Origin: Candidatus Nomurabacteria bacterium
GTDB lineage: Bacteria > Patescibacteriota > Minisyncoccia > Phycocordibacterales > UBA9973
NCBI GenBank assembly: GCA_021413905.1
Contig: JAIOPO010000001.1
Span: 201,159-265,158 of the forward strand
Direction: 5' to 3'
Length of the DNA: 64,000 bases
Shown here piece after piece: positions 59,680-64,000 of this stretch. Each line of letters begins with the position of its first letter. The first letter of the stretch is position 1. The position numbers and the translations under genes were made by a program. The notes beneath the pieces are model-generated. The model did no database searches. It saw nothing but the letters and a program-made list of their open reading frames with translations, and was not told the origin of the DNA.

Positions 59680-60753
59680 TTATCTTTTAGATTCTAAAAT
59701 TGTTTTTAATTCTAAAATTATCTCATTTATATTATCAGATTTTTTTGCAATTCGATCTGCAAAAGTAAGACTATATTGAGAAATATCCTCACGAGTAATA
59801 TTATGCCAAATTGGTAAAATAACATTCTTACCATTTTTCTCTTTAGAAAAAAGTCCATTTAATTCGTATTCAGTCCATTTTTTCTTTGAAAGAAATGCTT
59901 TCGAAAAAATAACGATTCCGTAGCGGGAATTCTTAAGACCATTATCAATGGTAGGTCTTAAATCATCTCCCCAACCAACAACAAAAGAATCGTACCAAAC
60001 AGAAAAACCTGCATCTTTTAAAGATTGAGCTAAAATATTTACAAAATCTTTATCTTCACTTGCGTGACAAATAAAGACATCAAACTCAGTTAACTTTTTT
60101 TCAGTAAGATTAGAAGACTTTTCAATTACTTGAGAGTTGTTTTTAAATTCTTCTTTTTTAGGAATTCCTAACTGTTTAAAAAAATCTTCATCTTTTGATA
60201 TTTCAATATTTGTTTTTTGTTCTGCCTCCGAGATAGCTTTATCTATATTACTATTATATTGTTCAATTTGCCGATTTAAATACTCAGATTGACTTAATAA
60301 AAATTTGATAACTTTTTCTTTCTCTTGAGTAATAGGGCCCGTTTCATCGGAAAATTTTATCACCTCAAAAACAATATCATTATCAATGATATCAATCTCT
60401 TCAGTTTGAAGAATTCTTGGAGAGGGCGCGCACTTCAAAAGACTCTTATCACCTGAGAATGGTAAATGAAATCTTATAACATCTTTTTTGTAATGTTCTC
60501 CTCGCTCAACCCAGTATGATTGAGGAAAATATTCAGCTGGAATTTCAGCGGATTCAATTGTAAGAGTTATTTGTTCTGGATAGAAAGTTAAGGGTAAGAT
60601 TTTATATTTATCTGAAAGTTTAGAAATATCAGCGCTATTTCCACTTTTTATGATTAAACCAACTTCATCTTGTATTTTTTTTATCTGAGCAGCTAATGTC
60701 GATGAAAAATCATATTCATTAAATGCTCTAAATCCTTGAGTAGTAATTAACAT
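59680..60753 (-). CDS. TIR-domain protein (N-terminal uncharacterised domain plus C-terminal TIR) embedded in the type I RM operon
   Basis: The C-terminal roughly 135 aa (nt 59680-60090) are EFDVFICHASEDKDFV...GFSVWYD...RYGIVIFSKAFLSKKKWTEYELNGL...ILPIWHNITRED. These match the bacterial TIR hallmarks (the DVFISH box, a conserved Glu, and the W.K.EL motif). The N-terminal 220 aa have no recognisable family. Confidence 0.75.
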   Translation of the reverse strand: MLITTQGFRAFNEYDFSSTLAAQIKKIQDEVGLIIKSGNSADISKLSDKYKILPLTFYPEQITLTIESAEIPAEYFPQSYWVERGEHYKKDVIRFHLPFSGDKSLLKCAPSPRILQTEEIDIIDNDIVFEVIKFSDETGPITQEKEKVIKFLLSQSEYLNRQIEQYNSNIDKAISEAEQKTNIEISKDEDFFKQLGIPKKEEFKNNSQVIEKSSNLTEKKLTEFDVFICHASEDKDFVNILAQSLKDAGFSVWYDSFVVGWGDDLRPTIDNGLKNSRYGIVIFSKAFLSKKKWTEYELNGLFSKEKNGKNVILPIWHNITREDISQYSLTFADRIAKKSDNINEIILELKTILESKR

Positions 60754-60759
60754 AATTTA

Positions 60760-60933
60760 TATATTCTTTAAAATCTTTTTAATCTCCTCTTCCTTCCCTA
60801 AAATCCTCTCGACCTTATTTTTTATCTTCGGTTTCTTTAAATCAACCTGAAAAATCTGTCCGGATTTTTCAGGTTTTGTTTTTCTGTATTCAAGAAAAGA
60901 TATTTTATAGAACGGATTTATAATTTTTGCCAT
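60760..60933 (-). pseudogene. Remnant of an HsdM C-terminus (57-codon ORF) downstream of rhuM
   Basis: It encodes ...KVERILGKEEEIKKILKNI*, matching the true HsdM C-terminus LVERILGKEEEIKRIISNL. It contains a 36-bp repeat identical at 35 of 36 positions to the hsdM 3' end. Confidence 0.5.
60779..60814. repeat. 36-bp direct repeat, copy A (matches the hsdM 3' end)
   Basis: ttaatctcctcttccttccctaaaatcctctcgacc differs at one position from copy B at 62018-62052. Together the two copies bracket rhuM. Confidence 0.8.
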
Positions 60934-60944
60934 AAATAATTTAA

Positions 60945-61967
60945 TTATTCCTCTTTATTTTTATCTAAAATCTTTTTGACTTCTTTTTCAAAATCAGACT
61001 CTATTTTTTGATATTTATTAAATTCTTTATATTCATCTAGGGCTTTTTCTTTTGCTTGTTCTGCAGAAATACGTCCTTTGCCGTCTAGAATCTTGTACTC
61101 ATTGAAAGTTAAAAACTTATTTACACTCTCTGCAAATTCAGCCATAGTAAATGTTTCCTTTCGTTCAATAATACCTTCAATGTAATCAAAAAAACTGCTC
61201 ACGCTACGCTCGAGACTTTTGATTTGATCTTCTTGTAAATAATTTTTTGCAATTGTGACATCGGATTGCAATATCCTGCCGGGAGAATTTTTCCAAGTTG
61301 TAAGGTTCATATTTGGCTGAGTTGCATCAGCTTTTGTATAAATAATTTCTGCCGCAGTTTGCCCTGTAATAGCATAATGGAATTTATTTTGCACCATTGC
61401 ATAAAAATCTTTTGCTTGTTGTGTGTCCTTTTCATAATCAATGCTACATTCAGCAAAAATATCTGTTATCTGAAGCCAAATGCGTCGCTCGCTGGCACGA
61501 ATAGAACGTACACGCTCCAAAAGTTCACGAAAATAATCGACACCAAAGAATTTTTTACCGTTCTTTAAACGTTCATCGTCTAAAGCAAAACCTTTAATAA
61601 TAAAATCACGCAATATTTGAGTTGCCCAAATACGAAAATCTGTTGCTCTTTTTGAGTTAACACGATACCCAACAGCAATAACTACGTCAAGATTATAATG
61701 CATCGTATCATACTCTTTACCATCAGTAGCAGTTATTCGGAAATTCCTAATAACTGAATCTTCTTTTAATTCAAGGGTTTCAAAGATATTTTTTAAATGT
61801 TCATTTATAGTTGGTATTGACACATCAAAAAGCTCTGCCATTATTTTTTGAGTAAGCCATACCATTTCATCTTCAACGCGGACTTCTACTTGCGGTTTCC
61901 CGGATTCTGCGGTGAAAATCAAAAATTGAGTAGTTGCATTTTTTTGTTTTAACTTGTTATCTTTCAT
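60945..61967 (-). CDS. rhuM: RhuM-family protein (virulence-associated RhuM/Fic-DOC-like), inserted between hsdM and downstream genes
   Basis: NATTQFLIFTAESGKPQVEVRVEDEMVWLTQKIMAELFDVSIPTINEHLKNIF is a typical RhuM N-terminus. The product is 340 aa. This family is a frequent passenger between hsdM and hsdS. Confidence 0.7.
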   Translation of the reverse strand: MKDNKLKQKNATTQFLIFTAESGKPQVEVRVEDEMVWLTQKIMAELFDVSIPTINEHLKNIFETLELKEDSVIRNFRITATDGKEYDTMHYNLDVVIAVGYRVNSKRATDFRIWATQILRDFIIKGFALDDERLKNGKKFFGVDYFRELLERVRSIRASERRIWLQITDIFAECSIDYEKDTQQAKDFYAMVQNKFHYAITGQTAAEIIYTKADATQPNMNLTTWKNSPGRILQSDVTIAKNYLQEDQIKSLERSVSSFFDYIEGIIERKETFTMAEFAESVNKFLTFNEYKILDGKGRISAEQAKEKALDEYKEFNKYQKIESDFEKEVKKILDKNKEE

Positions 61968-61971
61968 ATAA

Positions 61972-63414
61972 TCATTTTAGCATTAAAATCTTATATTTTA
62001 AATTACTAATAATTCTCTTAATCTCCTCTTCCTTTCCTAAAATCCTCTCGACCAATTCTTTCGACCCGAATTCTTCTTCTACCTCAGCACCCTTTGGATT
62101 CTTGAAATCCAAATTAAAATTCTTTGCACGAATATCCGCGATTGAAACCTTCCATGCATTATCACTCGCTTTTTTATTTTTAAACCATTTTATTACTGGT
62201 TCAAACTCCGCATCGGTGATACCTCTATTCTTCGTATATTGTTTCAACCCCGCAGGCAATGGCATCTGATAATACCAAACTTCTTTTGTTGGTTGGCCTT
62301 TTGTAAAAAATACAAGATTCGTATTTACCCCAGCATACGGCTGAAAAACACCTGCTGGCAAGCGGACAATGGTATGTACATTACATTCCTCAAGAAGCTT
62401 TTCTTTAATACGAGATTTTACACCTTCGCCAAAAAGAGAACCATCAGGTAAAACTATTCCACATTTTCCACCAGGCTTCAAAAGACTCATAAATAATACA
62501 AGGAAAAGATCTGCAGTTTCTTTTGTGCGAAAATCCGCAGGAAAATTTGCCTCTGTGCCGTCTTTGACACTTCCACCGAAAGGAGGATTGGCAATAATAA
62601 TATCTACACGATCTTTTGGACCATAATCACGAAGTGGAGTAGAAAGCATATCACCACGACGAATTTGCTGAGGAATTTCTACGCCGTGCAAAATCATATT
62701 GGTAATAGCAAGCAAATGCGGAAGCGGTTTTAATTCTACTCCACGAATTTGTTGTTGAACTTTAGTTTCATCTTTTTTTGTTTTTACTTCTCCACTACTT
62801 CTGACATACTCAAGTGCACTAATAAGGAATCCTCCAGTACCACATGCAGGGTCAAGAATACTTTCACCTAATTTTGGATCAAGAGTACTGACAATAAAAT
62901 TCGTAAGTGGTCTCGGTGTATAGTACTCACCAGCATTACCTGCATTTTGAAGTCCTTTCAATAAATGTTCATAAATTTCGTTGAAATGATGACGATCGTC
63001 TTTACTATTGAAATCTATTTCATTTATTTTATTTACCACTTGACGAATGAGAGTACCAGACTTCATGTAGTTGTAAGTATCTTCAAAAACTTCTTTAACA
63101 ATAAGACCTCTAGGATCATCATTTTCATTGAATTTCAAACTCTTGAGTTGTTTAAATAGCTTATTGTTTATAAAATCAAGCATTTCGTCACCAGTAATCC
63201 CCTCGGCATTACTAGCCCAATTACGCCAGCGAAGAACTTCAGGAATCGGAGAATGATACTTGAGATCAAGAAGTTCATACTCTTTTTCTTTATCATCAAA
63301 AATCTTCAAAAATAAAAGCCACACGAGCTGTGAAAGTCGCTGTGCGTCGCCGTCTACCCCAGCGTCTTTACGCATGATATCTTGAATATTTTTTATGATT
63401 GATTGAATGGCCAT
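61972..63414 (-). CDS. hsdM: Type I restriction-modification DNA methyltransferase subunit HsdM (N6-adenine)
   Basis: The HsdM N-domain is QRLSQLVWLLFLKIFDD, the AdoMet motif I is LDPACGTGGFL and the catalytic motif IV is IIANPPFGG. The product is 480 aa. Confidence 0.92.
   Translation of the reverse strand: MAIQSIIKNIQDIMRKDAGVDGDAQRLSQLVWLLFLKIFDDKEKEYELLDLKYHSPIPEVLRWRNWASNAEGITGDEMLDFINNKLFKQLKSLKFNENDDPRGLIVKEVFEDTYNYMKSGTLIRQVVNKINEIDFNSKDDRHHFNEIYEHLLKGLQNAGNAGEYYTPRPLTNFIVSTLDPKLGESILDPACGTGGFLISALEYVRSSGEVKTKKDETKVQQQIRGVELKPLPHLLAITNMILHGVEIPQQIRRGDMLSTPLRDYGPKDRVDIIIANPPFGGSVKDGTEANFPADFRTKETADLFLVLFMSLLKPGGKCGIVLPDGSLFGEGVKSRIKEKLLEECNVHTIVRLPAGVFQPYAGVNTNLVFFTKGQPTKEVWYYQMPLPAGLKQYTKNRGITDAEFEPVIKWFKNKKASDNAWKVSIADIRAKNFNLDFKNPKGAEVEEEFGSKELVERILGKEEEIKRIISNLKYKILMLK
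62018..62052. repeat. 36-bp direct repeat, copy B (native hsdM 3' end)
   Basis: ttaatctcctcttcctttcctaaaatcctctcgacc lies in the last codons of hsdM. Confidence 0.8.
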
Positions 63415-63418
63415 AAAT

Positions 63419-64000
63419 TTATACGTACAAAGCTAACTGTATTTGATTAATAATTTCTAAATAATTTTCTCGTCCACCAAAAATGTCATTCACAATTTGT
63501 ATTGGGGTTCCAAAATTTGTAAATGGAGAAACTTGCAAGTCACCAATGTCGTCAATAGCTGTGATACCAGTATCTGCATATTTTTCTAAAAGCGCATCAA
63601 TAACTTCACGTGCCTTGCCTTCATATTTTGCAAAATAATTATTTTTCTTTACATTATTTGCACGTTCTGTTCGAGTTAACGGTTTCTTTCCGTAAGCAAC
63701 ATGACAAATTAAATCAAAAGGATCTAATTCTTTCCCTATTTCTTTTGCTAACTCTTCAAAAAATACACCTCTACTTTTTAACTCTTCAATAATAGCTTCC
63801 TTTTTATCACTCTGTTTCCATGCTTGTAGAAATGAATCGAGTGACGCATACTCACTCAAAATATTTTTCTTAGAATAGTCTTTTAAGGATTCCGTAATGA
63901 GCTTACCGTCTTCACCGATATATTGAACTCGCTCGTTAATAACTTTTATATCCACACCATTTATATATAGTTTTGTTCTAGGTTCGCCAATAGTAATAGG
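63419..64000 (-). CDS. hsdR: Type I restriction enzyme HsdR, C-terminal part only (N-terminus beyond window end)
   Basis: The frame is open to nt 64000. ...[42 protein letters not shown] matches the conserved EcoEI-R C-terminal domain. The stop is 4 nt before the hsdM start. Confidence 0.7.
   Translation of the reverse strand, partial: [193 protein letters not shown]

Overview
This is a 64-kb window from an AT-rich (about 30% GC), gene-dense bacterial chromosome. Nearly all genes lie on the minus strand. TGA is a genuine stop (atpG ends in TGA), so the genetic code is 11. The gene content is consistent with a small-genome CPR/Patescibacteria-like bacterium, but that is inference only.

Positions 1-39 kb are a housekeeping core. 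It contains rseP (partial), frr, a holB-like gene, mreB, a PriA-like gene, rsmI, and a complete F1Fo ATP synthase operon (atpZ-like, atpB, E, F, H, A, G, D, C). It also contains tRNA-Ile(GAU), an RRM RNA-binding protein, prfA and rpmE, a polysaccharide deacetylase, a coiled-coil MltB-like lytic transglycosylase, rplY, an FAD-linked oxidase, fba, gatB, obg, MYG1, a DedA-like membrane protein, a YvlD/DUF360 membrane protein, yqeY and a DEDD exonuclease. The remainder is an ABC exporter, rmuC, tRNA-Glu(CUC) beside a truncated large serine recombinase and a GC-rich patch, murJ, leuS carrying an inserted Nudix domain, a DUF1003-like protein, an RlmI-like methyltransferase, tsaC, a SET-domain protein and ychF.

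Two accessory loci stand out.

1. A single intact 16.5-kb gene (39211-55740, minus strand) encodes a 5509-aa surface protein. It has an N-terminal signal anchor, a discoidin-like domain, seven GLUG-repeat modules, a LamG domain, Fn3-like domains, two beta-propellers (one with Asp-box/BNR repeats) and a C-terminal peptidoglycan-binding domain. A small secreted Lys/Asn-rich protein is encoded 11 nt upstream of it.

2. A type I restriction-modification defense island runs hsdR (partial), hsdM, rhuM, an hsdM 3' remnant, a TIR-domain protein, a HEPN-motif protein, hsdS and a YgjP-like metallopeptidase. rhuM is flanked by 36-bp direct repeats. The TIR and HEPN genes are translationally coupled with hsdS and may form a candidate toxin/abortive-infection module embedded in the RM system.

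Also noted are a conserved intergenic hairpin present twice inside operons, a consensus sigma70 promoter, and perfect in-frame tandem repeats in two genes. No CRISPR array or rRNA gene was seen.
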